From Octopus sinensis (taxonomy: Eukaryota), in contig NC_043024.1 in the NCBI RefSeq assembly GCF_006345805.1, positions 15,500,001 to 15,564,000 of the forward strand: a stretch of 64,000 bases of DNA. The letters run 5' to 3'. Under the pieces are notes generated by a model. That model did no database searches. It saw nothing but the letters and a program-made list of their open reading frames with translations, and was not told where the DNA came from. Below are positions 63,889 to 64,000 of the stretch, one piece after another. The position numbers and the translations under genes were made by a program. Every line of letters begins with the position of its first letter. Position 1 is the first letter of the stretch.

Positions 63889-64000
63889 CACACACACACA
63901 CACACATATATATGTATGTATATATTTATGTAACTTTGTGTTTGTCCCTCACCATTGCTTGACAACCAATGTTGGGGTGTTTACATACCCGTGACCTAGC
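63651..64000 (+). mobile_element. SINE family A running off the window end
   Basis: Head and body match. Confidence 0.85.

Noticed and set aside
18613-64000. Search for ERG exon 1 (MPVRRGHVAPQNTF...)
   Set aside because: No matching reverse-strand sequence was found by eye, so it probably lies beyond the window.

Overview
Repeat-saturated, AT-rich eukaryotic genomic DNA. The tRNA-derived SINE families, RTE tails and huge microsatellite load point to a coleoid cephalopod, most likely Octopus; this is an inference from repeat content. Only one convincing host exon is present: a 231-bp minus-strand exon (18382-18612) encoding the PAS (eag) domain of an ERG/KCNH2-like K+ channel, matching hERG exon 2 in length and phase. 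No flanking exons were found, so the window appears to be intron 1 (>45 kb) and intron 2 (>18 kb) of that gene. The introns hold dozens of SINEs plus remnants of RTE, CR1, Tx1/L1, R4/Dong-like (RLE) and Penelope-like retroelements. DNA-transposon remnants include maT DD37D, hAT MITEs, a Merlin-like element, a Helitron and a HINE. The most interesting non-coding observations are: (1) two unrelated Penelope-type minimal hammerhead ribozymes that share the same non-canonical CCGAUGA (U4C) core; (2) a tRNA-Asp(GTC) gene with a 34-nt internal tandem duplication equivalent to an insertion at the canonical intron position; (3) a U6 snRNA 3' half fused to a retroelement tail and poly(A); (4) a possible Tx1-LINE/SINE partnership building (ATT)n-linked SINE arrays; (5) an unclassified TSD-flanked 468-bp element with terminal redundancy; and (6) a minisatellite amplified from the PD catalytic codons of a retrotransposon endonuclease. 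Repeat-copy coordinates are approximate and were read by eye. Most ORFs in the supplied track are microsatellite or SINE artefacts.
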